The notes under the pieces were generated by a model. That model was not told the DNA's origin and ran no database searches. It was given only the letters and a program-made list of their open reading frames with translations. The position numbers and the translations under genes are program-made. This document shows positions 44,040 to 53,661 of a DNA stretch of 64,000 bases, piece by piece. Source of the DNA: an uncultured Gemmatimonadales bacterium. GTDB lineage: Bacteria; Gemmatimonadota; Gemmatimonadetes; Gemmatimonadales; GWC2-71-9. The stretch lies in NCBI GenBank assembly GCA_963842945.1, contig CAWJIM010000006.1:32001-96000 (forward strand), in the 5' to 3' direction. Numbering within the stretch: the stretch's first letter is position 1; every line of letters begins with the position of its first letter.

Positions 44040-44453
44040 TCAGCCTACCAGCACCGCGACCAGCTCCCGGTCGCGCGCCCGATTGTCCAGGTTGATGGCT
44101 ACGACTTGTTGCCAGGTGCCGAGCACGAGCTCGCCATTGACGACCGGCACCGAGATGCTGGCTTTAAGTAGAGCGGAGCGCACGTGGGAGAAGCCGTTGC
44201 CATCGCCCCAGCGAGCGTTGTGGGCGTAGTCGGCGTCGGTAGGTGCGAGCAGGTCAAGAGCGCGGCGGAGGTCGGTGAGGGCGCCAGACTCGTATTCGAT
44301 GGTCGTGATGGCGCCGGTCGAGCCGATGAGTTCTACGGTGAGTGTCCCGCTTTTCACCCCCGAGCCACTGACGAACTTCTCCAGCTCGGGGGTGATGTCG
44401 GCGTGGCCGAACTCGGCGGCGAGCCGAAGGGTCCAGCGGTGAGTCGCGGCCAT
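44040..44453 (-). CDS. yjbQ: UPF0047/YjbQ family protein
   Basis: STGAITTIEYE, YAHN..GNGFSHVRS, LVLGTWQ. Confidence 0.9.
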   Translation of the reverse strand: MAATHRWTLRLAAEFGHADITPELEKFVSGSGVKSGTLTVELIGSTGAITTIEYESGALTDLRRALDLLAPTDADYAHNARWGDGNGFSHVRSALLKASISVPVVNGELVLGTWQQVVAINLDNRARDRELVAVLVG

Positions 44454-44474
44454 AGACCAAGATAGCCGCAGTAT

Positions 44475-45857
44475 CTATCTCTTTCCCTCCACCGGCAGGC
44501 CACTCGGTACCCGGCCCGGCACCACGCCGGCAAGGTTGCGAGCGGACGGATCGGTCAGCGCCTTCATGAACTCGGTAACCTCATCCACCGTCTGCGGCGC
44601 GAACACCACGCCCTGGAGTAGCGGATCACGCGTGGCCAGGATGTCGGCCTTGTTGCCGAGAATTGTCCCCTGAAGCACCGGTTCCAATTGGGCGATGTTG
44701 AAGTTCATCAGCTTGATGTCCGACTCGCTATAGTGGTCCACGAACTCGCGCAGGCTGAAGAAGGCACCGTTGTGTCCGTACGGCGCCGTCAGCTCGACAT
44801 TCCGGAGCGCGGGGGTGCGGAAGGCATACTTGTCAGCGGCAATGCCGGTTTCCCGGAAGCGGCCGAAGTCGTCCCGCAGACTGGGGCCGTCACCCTTTCC
44901 CGGCCCGAACTGGGCCACGGCCACATTGTGGAACTTGTTGTCCGTCAGCGCCGACCCGTTGTGGCAGATGGAGCAGCGGGCGCTCATGAAGTTCTTGGCT
45001 CCCTGCAGCTGGACCTGGGTCATCGCCTCATCGTTCCCCCGGAGAAAGCGATCCCAGGGAGAGTTGTTGAACGACAGCCGATCGATCAGGAACCCCGCGA
45101 TGGCGTTGCTGGCGTGGGCAAACGTCATCTGCTCGAACCGCTGCCCGGGGTAGGCCTTCTCGAACATGTGGCGGTACTGCCGGTTCGCACCCAGTCGTGC
45201 CATCAAGCCGGCCCAGATCTGCTGGGGATGGTCATCACCGATTGCGGCCAGCTCGTTGCCGCCGAAGGCCCGCATCTCCTCGCGGGAGAGCACAGGGAAG
45301 AGCGGCAGGGCGGACGCGGTCCCGAACTCGAACACCTGCGTCATTGCCGGCGTCAGGTCTGCGCCCGCCGGCGTGTGGAAGTTGCCCAGCCCGTCCCGAT
45401 TCACGCGGCCGTCCCAGAAGAGTGGCTGGAGCGCGGCCAGGTTGAAGAGGGGAGGAGCGTTGCGGGGGATGAACAGGCCATCGGGGTGGAGCCGAGCCGG
45501 CCCAAGACCAGTCGCCCCCTGCCCGACCGAGAGGCTCCGCGCGTCGCCGGTGGCCATCGAGGGCAGATGGCAGGTCATGCAGGAGATGTCGCGGTTGCCG
45601 CTCAGGATCTTGTCGAACGCCAGCGCCTGGCCCAGCTCCACCAGCGCGGGACGGACCTGGGGCGGCTTGGGCAGCGCGGTGATCCCCCGTCCCGCCGTGA
45701 GTAGACGGACCTCGGCCGCCAGAGCGTGCACTCCGGCTCGAGAAGCGTCGGCCGAAAGAACTTTGCCCGGAGCGGTGGAATCGTCCTCGCTGCAACCGAA
45801 CAGCGCGACCACCGCCGCGGATACGGCTAGTCTGCCGACCCACGCCCCGCCTGCCAT
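44475..45857 (-). CDS. Di-heme cytochrome c peroxidase/MauG-family lipoprotein
   Basis: LFGC lipobox, two CxxCH motifs (CMTCH, CSICH), RNAPPLFN, FWDGR, FRTPALRNV..APYGHNG. Confidence 0.9.
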   Translation of the reverse strand: MAGGAWVGRLAVSAAVVALFGCSEDDSTAPGKVLSADASRAGVHALAAEVRLLTAGRGITALPKPPQVRPALVELGQALAFDKILSGNRDISCMTCHLPSMATGDARSLSVGQGATGLGPARLHPDGLFIPRNAPPLFNLAALQPLFWDGRVNRDGLGNFHTPAGADLTPAMTQVFEFGTASALPLFPVLSREEMRAFGGNELAAIGDDHPQQIWAGLMARLGANRQYRHMFEKAYPGQRFEQMTFAHASNAIAGFLIDRLSFNNSPWDRFLRGNDEAMTQVQLQGAKNFMSARCSICHNGSALTDNKFHNVAVAQFGPGKGDGPSLRDDFGRFRETGIAADKYAFRTPALRNVELTAPYGHNGAFFSLREFVDHYSESDIKLMNFNIAQLEPVLQGTILGNKADILATRDPLLQGVVFAPQTVDEVTEFMKALTDPSARNLAGVVPGRVPSGLPVEGKR

Positions 45858-46015
45858 ACCTGCCTCCGAGCCTTCGCTTGACTGATGAGGGGTGAACTAC
45901 TGGAGATCCTCTATTTCTAAATCGTAATCGGGACCACAAACCCGACACGGGCGGTCACACTCTTCCCTAGTCGTCGGGAAGCCGTCCCTATCCCTTCCGG
46001 AAGGGTCACCAGGAG

Positions 46016-46044
46016 AGTATGCAGAACGGATCAGTGGCGTGCAA
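46016..46044 (-). promoter_or_regulatory. Sigma70-like promoter for the peroxidase gene
   Basis: TTGCAC-N17-CATACT on the minus strand. Confidence 0.5.
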
Positions 46045-46067
46045 GTAAGCGTCGCTCGGGATGAGAC

Positions 46068-48824
46068 TTACGGCCTGCTTTGGCCGGTGCCGGACCGGGC
46101 ATTCAGCCGGTCGAGTGTCTCGCCCAGCCGCCGCATCTCCTCTCCGTATTTCGCCCAGTCCAGATCCCGTTGGGCTTGGATGGCCGCTTGGTAGTGCTGC
46201 TTCGCTTCGCGAAGCAGAGTCGGGAGCTGGGAGTCGGGAGTCGGGGGCTCGATTGGCCCGAGAGTATCTGGGGTAACTCTCCCGACTCCTGACTCCCGAC
46301 TCCTGACTCCTCCCCCGAACATCTCCGCCAGCCCTTCATCCAGCGTCTCCCGCATTACCACCCGGTTCTGATACGCCACCACCACCCGCTTGAGCTCGGG
46401 AATCCGGCCCCCCTCGGCTCTCAGGTAAATCGGCTGGACGTACATCAACGCTTCCTCGATCGGAATCACCAGCAGGTCGCCCCGAATCACCTGTGAGCCC
46501 CGCTGGTCCCAGAGCGTGAGCTGCTGGGAAACCTCGGTGTTCTGGTTGATCCGGTTCACGATCTGCTGGGGCCCGAAGGCGAGACTCTGCCGGGAGAGCC
46601 GGTACACTCGGAGCTTGCCGTACTCAGCTCCATCGTTCCGGGCCGCCATCCAGGCCGCCAGGTTGTCCTTCCCCCTGGGGGTGAAGGGAACCATGTAGAT
46701 GTACTCCGCGCTCTTCTCCTCCGGCAGCCGCATCACGATATGCCGCATGAAGGGGACTTTGCCTTCGGCCTCGGTGGCCTCGGGGATTTGCCACTGGTCC
46801 TCCCGGTGATAGAAGTCCACCGGGTCGTCCATGTGATACGTGGTGTAAAGCCCGGCTTGAACCCGGTAGATCTGGTCGGGGTAGCGGATATGCGCCCGGA
46901 TATCGGCGGGCATCCTCTCGAGCGGAGCGAAGATGCCGGGGAAGACCCGGGACCAGGTCTGGATGATGGGATCGCCCGGCGCGCTCACGTAGGCCACCAT
47001 CGTGCCGTCGTAAGCATCGAGCACCAGCTTGACGCTGTTTCGCATGTAGCTGGTGCCGTTCCGCAGCCGCTCGGCGTAGGGATAGCGGGTGGTGCTGGTG
47101 TAGCCGTCCAGGATCCACTTGAGGGTGCCGTCGTTGGCCACCACCAGATAGGGATCACGGTCGAAGCTCATGAAGGGGAGCGCCTTCCTGGCCCGCTGAA
47201 CGATGTCCCGATTGTAGAGCACCCGGCTGGAATCGGTGATGTCGCCGGAGAAGAGGATCTTGGAGGAGCCGAACTGGGCCGCGAACACCGCCCGGCGGAG
47301 GAGGCTCCCGATCGGCACTCCGCCCTTACCGGTGTATGAAGCGTAGACGTTCTTTTCGCCCGAGGGATGATCGAACTCACGCTGCCGGGTATGCACGAAG
47401 ACGAAGTCGCCGGCCAATTCGCCGTAATAGAGCTGCGGCCGGCTGACCTTGAGCGACCCGGTAGAGACCGGCGGCAGGTCCTTGATGAACAGAACCGGCA
47501 ATCCTTCGATGGTCACCTGATTGACCGGACTCAGGGTGAGCCCCATGCCGTGAGTAAAGGTGAGATGCTCGTTGATGAAAGTCCGGGTCGGCAGCGATCG
47601 GGCATTCAGCTCCCGGGGCGACAGCAGGACCTGGCGGTACTTCCCATCGATCCAGTAGCGGTCGTCGTCCACCGAGACGAAGTCGTAGTAGGTGCGAATC
47701 TCCTGCAGCTGGCCGAAGGTCTGCAGCAGGGGATCGCGATCCCAGAGCCGCACATTGTCGATGGTCGGCGCGTTCGCCCGAATATCCGCCATGGTGAGGT
47801 TGGTCTCACCGGTGAGCTCGCGGGTCTCGACGCTATCCAGTCCCCAGGCCTGTCGGGTCGCCAAAATGTGGGAACGGAGATAGGGAGTCTCTCTGGTCAG
47901 CTCGGTGGGAGACACCAGAAACTTCTGGACGAAGCCCGGTACCAGGCCGCGCCCGACGATCGCCGTCACCAGGTAGGCGGCGATCGCAAGTACGGCATAG
48001 CGACCCAGCTCTCGCCGTGCGGCGCCGACGATGACGGCTGCAGCAGCCAAAACGGACACGCCGGAGAGGATTCTGAGAGCAGGTAGCGTGGCGTGGAGGT
48101 CGGTGTAACTGGCGCCTACCAGAGGGCCGGTAGTGGAGTAGAGCAGGTTCGAGGTGTCCACCAGCCAGAGTCTGAGAGCCAGCAACAGAAACACGGCGGC
48201 CAGCAGAGCCGCGATGTGGGTTCCGGCCGACGGCTCGATCCGGAGGCGGGGCGTTCTCCGGGCGCCCGGGCCGATCACGATGTCGCCCCGAACCACATAG
48301 ACCGGAACGATCACCACCAGGGAGATCAGCGCGAGGGTCGACAGGAATCCGAGAGCAGCCGAGAGCGCGGGAAGGGTGAAGACGTAGAAGCCCACGTCCC
48401 GGGAGAAGACCGGATCGCGAATGCCGAAGGGTGTGCGGTAGATGAAGCGGAGCACCAGGTCCCAGGCCGGGGTCGCCCCGAATCCGGCGATCAGTGCAAC
48501 CGCGAGCGAAACCGGCAGGCTGACACGGCGAAGCGGTCCGGTGAGATCGACCCGCGGCTGATTCTGGGCAAAGCGGAGCACCACCGGATATGGCACCAGG
48601 CCCCGTTGGGCGAGCCGCAGGTTGCCGTAGAGTACGCCGAAGGTGATGCCGCCGACGCCAAGGAAGAGCACCAGACTGGTAAGGAGCGGCCGGGAGAAGA
48701 CGGCCTGGTAGCCGATTTCCTGGAACCACCACCAGTCGGTGAGAAGGCCGATAAGCGCCGGAAAGAGGATCGCCGCCAGAAAGGCGACGATGGCGATAGC
48801 CAGGATCAGCCGGCGTTGGGACAT
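46068..48824 (-). CDS. UPF0182 family membrane protein
   Basis: DWWWFQEIGY, DPVFSRDVGFYVFTLP, NVRLWD, QLQEIRTYY, HLTFTHG, YMRNSVK, PELKRV. Confidence 0.95.
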   Translation of the reverse strand: MSQRRLILAIAIVAFLAAILFPALIGLLTDWWWFQEIGYQAVFSRPLLTSLVLFLGVGGITFGVLYGNLRLAQRGLVPYPVVLRFAQNQPRVDLTGPLRRVSLPVSLAVALIAGFGATPAWDLVLRFIYRTPFGIRDPVFSRDVGFYVFTLPALSAALGFLSTLALISLVVIVPVYVVRGDIVIGPGARRTPRLRIEPSAGTHIAALLAAVFLLLALRLWLVDTSNLLYSTTGPLVGASYTDLHATLPALRILSGVSVLAAAAVIVGAARRELGRYAVLAIAAYLVTAIVGRGLVPGFVQKFLVSPTELTRETPYLRSHILATRQAWGLDSVETRELTGETNLTMADIRANAPTIDNVRLWDRDPLLQTFGQLQEIRTYYDFVSVDDDRYWIDGKYRQVLLSPRELNARSLPTRTFINEHLTFTHGMGLTLSPVNQVTIEGLPVLFIKDLPPVSTGSLKVSRPQLYYGELAGDFVFVHTRQREFDHPSGEKNVYASYTGKGGVPIGSLLRRAVFAAQFGSSKILFSGDITDSSRVLYNRDIVQRARKALPFMSFDRDPYLVVANDGTLKWILDGYTSTTRYPYAERLRNGTSYMRNSVKLVLDAYDGTMVAYVSAPGDPIIQTWSRVFPGIFAPLERMPADIRAHIRYPDQIYRVQAGLYTTYHMDDPVDFYHREDQWQIPEATEAEGKVPFMRHIVMRLPEEKSAEYIYMVPFTPRGKDNLAAWMAARNDGAEYGKLRVYRLSRQSLAFGPQQIVNRINQNTEVSQQLTLWDQRGSQVIRGDLLVIPIEEALMYVQPIYLRAEGGRIPELKRVVVAYQNRVVMRETLDEGLAEMFGGGVRSRESGVGRVTPDTLGPIEPPTPDSQLPTLLREAKQHYQAAIQAQRDLDWAKYGEEMRRLGETLDRLNARSGTGQSRP
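46217..46311. repeat. Inverted pair of heptamer arrays (GAGTCGG x4 / GACTCCY x4) forming a ~95-nt hairpin inside UPF0182
   Basis: Arrays at 46217-46244 and 46278-46311, translated as [10 protein letters not shown]...PTPDSQLPT. Confidence 0.85.
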
Positions 48825-48879
48825 GGAGCCAACTTACACTTTGCTGGGCCAGTCGCTACGCTGGACTGGACCGGGTGAG

Positions 48880-49072
48880 CTAACCCTTCATCGCAGCGAA
48901 GGGGCTACGCCTAGGCTCCAGCCGATCATAGTACCGGGCGGGATTCGACTCGAAGTCCCGTCGGCACTGGTCGGAGCAGAAATACACTGGCCTGCGATTC
49001 GTATGTGGTGCTGCCCGCGGCGTCACTCACCTCGATCCACATACCGCAGACCGGATCTTTCACGTTACTCAC
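48880..49072 (-). CDS. YHS/TRASH-domain small protein (not in ORF track; one frameshift at ~48991)
   Basis: AGGAG RBS and GTG start; MSNVKDPVCGMWIEVSDAAGSTTYESQ / PVYFCSDQCRRDFESNPARY (DPVCGM and YFCS..C signature). Confidence 0.8.
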
Positions 49073-49127
49073 ACTGCACTCCTGGCTAGACACTGAGTTC
49101 AGTGTTGCGGGCCAGGCACGAGGGCTC

Positions 49128-49143
49128 TGTGATGTGAATCACA
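49128..49143. promoter_or_regulatory. CRP/FNR-family binding site
   Basis: Perfect TGTGA-N6-TCACA (TGTGATGTGAATCACA), 21 nt from a -10-like AACACT in front of the YHS gene (class II geometry). Confidence 0.7.
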
Positions 49144-49187
49144 AACAAAACGGCCCGCACTTCCGGGTGGAAATGCGGACCGTTTTC
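49143..49187 (-). terminator. Intrinsic terminator
   Basis: AAAACGGTCCGCATTTCC-ACCC-GGAAGTGCGGGCCGTTTT followed by GTTTGT. Two U-G wobbles are valid only on the minus strand. Confidence 0.8.
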
Positions 49188-49460
49188 ACACTGGCTATCC
49201 GGAGTCGGAGGATTTGCTCCTCCGTTTTTCTTCCCTTGGCCACCGCCTAAACTGAAGCGTTTGCGGTCTGGCCTCAGGAGCTCCGGTTTTTATTCCCGAA
49301 TGATTTGCGCGACCACTCGGTTCACCAGCGTGTGCGCTGCAAGTCGGCTGAATCGCGGATCAACCTCTTGCTCGGCACGCTGCCGCGCTACTGCAGCGTG
49401 GATGAGACGCGCGATTGGTCTCAACAATCCAACACGAAAATGATCTTTTTTCGAATTGGC
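49143..49460 (-). ncRNA. Putative ~320-nt structured non-coding RNA of unrecognised class
   Basis: Promoter and terminator bracket a run of consecutive hairpins with minus-strand G-U pairs; no credible ORF. Confidence 0.6.
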
Positions 49461-49466
49461 GAAGAC

Positions 49467-49495
49467 AACATAGGAAGACTGTTTCCATCGCGCAA
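49467..49495 (-). promoter_or_regulatory. Sigma70-like promoter of the putative ncRNA
   Basis: TTGCGC-N17-TATGTT. A second TTGACA lies upstream at 49536-49541. Confidence 0.6.
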
Positions 49496-49586
49496 GAGGG
49501 TGGCAGTTATCCACTTACGTGAACATTTCTAACATTGTCAACAGCTGCGTGGGAGGGCGAAACCATTGGCCGGTTCACTGGGTTAG

Positions 49587-50631
<1,045 letters not shown>

Positions 50632-50632
50632 C

Positions 50633-51679
50633 ATGGTTCCCTTCTCTGTCCTGGATTTGGCTCCGATCACGGAGGGCAGCGATGCCGCGGAGGCGCTGCG
50701 GCGGTCGCTGGATCTGGCGCAGCACGCGGAGATCTGGGGATACCGCCGATTCTGGTTGGCCGAGCATCATGGCATGCCGGGAATCGCGAGCGCGGCCACG
50801 TCGGTGGTGATCGCGCACATCGCCGGGGGCACCTCGACCATTCGAGTTGGTGCCGGCGGAATCATGCTGCCGAATCATTCGCCACTGGTGATCGCCGAGC
50901 AGTTCGGAACCCTGGCCTCGCTCTTTCCCGGTCGAATCGATCTCGGGCTGGGCCGCGCTCCCGGCACCGACCAGCTCACGGTGCGGGCGCTGCGCCGGCA
51001 TCCATCCGCCGCCGACAGCTTCCCCCACGATGTTGCTGAGCTGATGCACTACTTCCAGCCGGTGCAGCCGGGGCAGAAGGTTCAGGCGGTTCCGGGCGCC
51101 GGCCTCGAGGTTCCGATCTGGATACTGGGCTCGAGTCTCTACGGCGCGCAGCTCGCCGCGGCGTTAGGTCTTCCCTTTGCCTTTGCTTCCCATTTTGCCC
51201 CCGCGCTGCTGGATCAGGCGCTGGATCTCTACCGCTCCGGCTTTCGTTCATCCGAGCAGCTGGAGCGTCCTTACGTCATGCTCGGCGTCAACGTCTTCGC
51301 CGCGGACCAGGAAGAAGAAGCTCAAACGCTCTTTACCTCGCTGCAGCAGGCGTTCATCAACCTTCGCCTGGGGCGCCCCGGCAAGCTGCCGCCTGCCCAG
51401 AAGGGTTACGCCGACCGCCTCGGCGCGCTGGAGCGTTCGATTCTGGAGCAGACCCTGAGCTCCGCCGTCGTGGGTACCGAAGAGATCGTCGCAAGAGGGC
51501 TGGAAGCATTCGCCGAGCGGACCGGAGCGGATGAGCTGATGCTTACGTCGCAGATCTTCGATCACCGGGCACGGCTGCGGTCGTTCGAGATCGTAGCGAG
51601 GGCGATAGAGAAGACCGGAGGGATAGAAAAAAGGGGCGCCCCGGAGGACGCCCCTTCTTTCTCAATTCGAGACCTCTAG
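50633..51679 (+). CDS. LLM-class flavin-dependent oxidoreductase (luciferase-like)
   Basis: [43 protein letters not shown]. Confidence 0.93.
   Translation: MVPFSVLDLAPITEGSDAAEALRRSLDLAQHAEIWGYRRFWLAEHHGMPGIASAATSVVIAHIAGGTSTIRVGAGGIMLPNHSPLVIAEQFGTLASLFPGRIDLGLGRAPGTDQLTVRALRRHPSAADSFPHDVAELMHYFQPVQPGQKVQAVPGAGLEVPIWILGSSLYGAQLAAALGLPFAFASHFAPALLDQALDLYRSGFRSSEQLERPYVMLGVNVFAADQEEEAQTLFTSLQQAFINLRLGRPGKLPPAQKGYADRLGALERSILEQTLSSAVVGTEEIVARGLEAFAERTGADELMLTSQIFDHRARLRSFEIVARAIEKTGGIEKRGAPEDAPSFSIRDL
51625..51662 (-). terminator. Intrinsic (probably bidirectional) terminator between the LLM and DUF4142 genes
   Basis: aaaaaggggcgccccggaggacgccccttcttt hairpin with A/T tracts on both sides. 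Confidence 0.7.
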
Positions 51680-51682
51680 TCG

Positions 51683-53316
51683 TTACTTATCCTTGTTCTT
51701 GTCCTTGTCCTTGTTCTTGTCAACGTCGGTCCGGTTCTTCAGCGCCTGCTCCGGATCCACGCCGAGCTGCCGGCCAAGCTGCTTGGCCTCGTTGAAGTTC
51801 TGCTCCAATGTGGGCAGGCCGGCGTTGACCAGCTGCCGCACCTGGGCCGACTGGCTCGCGCGACCTTCCTTCTGCCAGTAGCTCGTCTCATCGGAGTACT
51901 GCTGGATCATGGTAACCATGTAGGCCTGATCGAAGTTCTTGTCGCCTACCTTCTTCAGGTTGGTGACCTTCTCCTTATGCATCGGGCCAAGGCCTTTGCT
52001 CAAGGTCATGCCGTTCTTCGAGGCCATGGCGCTCCACTGGTTCTGCAGCCGGTTGTGATCGGTGATGGCCTGCTCGGCGAACTGACGCACCTGCGGGTTT
52101 TTGGATCTCTCCCGCGCCAGCTGAGCCAGCTCGATCTGCATCTGGTTGTCTGCGCTCACGTCACGAATGAATTCGGCATCGGCTTTGATGTCGCCGTGGC
52201 GCGCCACCGCCGTTCCCACCGGCATTGTTCCCGGTGCTATCGGCGCCGACCTGACTACCGACCTGCACCGCCAGGCTCAGATGCTGCTGCATCACCGGGA
52301 GGCTGTTGGCCGCCAGGGTGCGTACTTGGAGCGGAATTGGCCGACTGGCTCTGGGTCTGGAAGTGGCTCACGTCCCGCTGATGGGCGCGGATCATGAGGC
52401 TCATGTAGTTGCGGTCGAATTCGGCACCCGAGAGGCCCTGGAGCTGGTTGATCTGATTCTGGTGGCGCGAATCCATCGTAGGCGTGAAGCTCTGTCCGCT
52501 GGTGGACGCCACGCTCGTGAGCTGATTCTGCAGGTTGTTGTGATCGGCAACCATCCGCTGGGCAAACTGCTTGACTGCCGGGTTGGAGGCCTTGCTCTGG
52601 GCCATCTGTCCCAGACTGATCTCCATGAGATTGGCGCTCGGCGCTTCACGCACGAACGGCATATCCGCGCTGATATCACCCGGTGTGGTCACCTGCCCCG
52701 GCTGCGTGCTCACCGGCGGGTTCTGCGTGGTCGGAGAGGTAGTGGGATTCCGGTATGGCTGGGTGGCGACGGCCACTCCACCGTTGGCGCCCACCTGTCC
52801 ACCTACCTGGGTGGCTGTGCTCAGGTGCTGCTGCAGCACCGGCAGGGCCGCGGCAATCATCTGCCGAGCCTCGGAAGACTTGGCTGTCTGACCCTGACTC
52901 TGGAGCGTCGAGATGTCCTGCTGATGGTGCTGAATCATCGAGGTCATGTACTGCTGGTCAAACTGCGCCCCGGAGAGCTTCTCCAGCCGGGAGACTTCGG
53001 CTTCGTTGTCCTTGCTCATCGCAGGCTGGAAGTTGGCGTTGTTCTTGGAGACCAGGCCGGTGAGCTGGTTTTCCAGATTAGTGTGATCGGTCACCATCTG
53101 CTGGCCGAACTGCTTGACGGCGGCATTACTGGCCTTCTGCTGCGCCATCTGTCCCAGCCTCACTTCCATGATGTTGCTGCTGGCCATCTGGAAGATGAGT
53201 TTGCTGTCCTGGCTCAACTGGCTTATCTGCCCCTGCGCATGGATCGGGGCGAGAGGCACGGCGGCAAGGGCGATCACCAGCCCGCTGGCCGCGGCCATGA
53301 TTCTCGGTCCTGACAT
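51683..53316 (-). CDS. Exported protein with three tandem DUF4142 (ferritin-like) domains; frameshifts at ~52327 and ~52200
   Basis: Signal peptide; three copies of the pattern E..LG/AQ.A..K..N..VK/RQF..M..DH...L..LSG..FD..YM..M...H. Confidence 0.85.
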
Positions 53317-53661
53317 TCGACCTTCCTTTCGTTACGTGTGCTCGAAAACACCCGCGCCACTCGGCGCCACAATCTTTCGGATACCGGCTGAGGATAGGGC
53401 TCTGGCCCGCCCTGAGATGTGATGGCAAGCACCACGTTCCCCACCCTCCGGCGCAGCGGTTCTAGCAACTCCCAGACCACAATCGGGGCGAACGGCGCAA
53501 GTCCTTGATGAGGGGGATATGTGGCTCAGTCGTCGCCGATCCGGCAGCGCCCCTGAATGCTCCTCTGTGTCCCTCCGGGCCGGATCAGTGTCACCTGGCG
53601 AGTACAGATGAGGTTCCTATAGTTCTAGACCGTGCGTTTCGGATTCTGGCGCCTGACTCCC

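Noticed and set aside
49143..49460. Identity as tmRNA, RNase P RNA, SRP RNA or 6S RNA
   Set aside because: No tRNA-like GGGG..CCA ends or tag ORF, no GAGGAAAGUCC, no SRP domain IV motif, and no single long rod with a central bubble.
49290..49514. 74-aa ORF (and the overlapping + strand ORFs 49261..49443 and 49305..49532) in the intergenic region
   Set aside because: No RBS, starts upstream of the predicted TSS, atypical codon usage and no recognisable motif; the region is better explained as structured RNA.
49507..49515. DnaA-box-like TTATCCACT
   Set aside because: Single 8/9 match, no box cluster and no dnaA/dnaN context, so not an origin.
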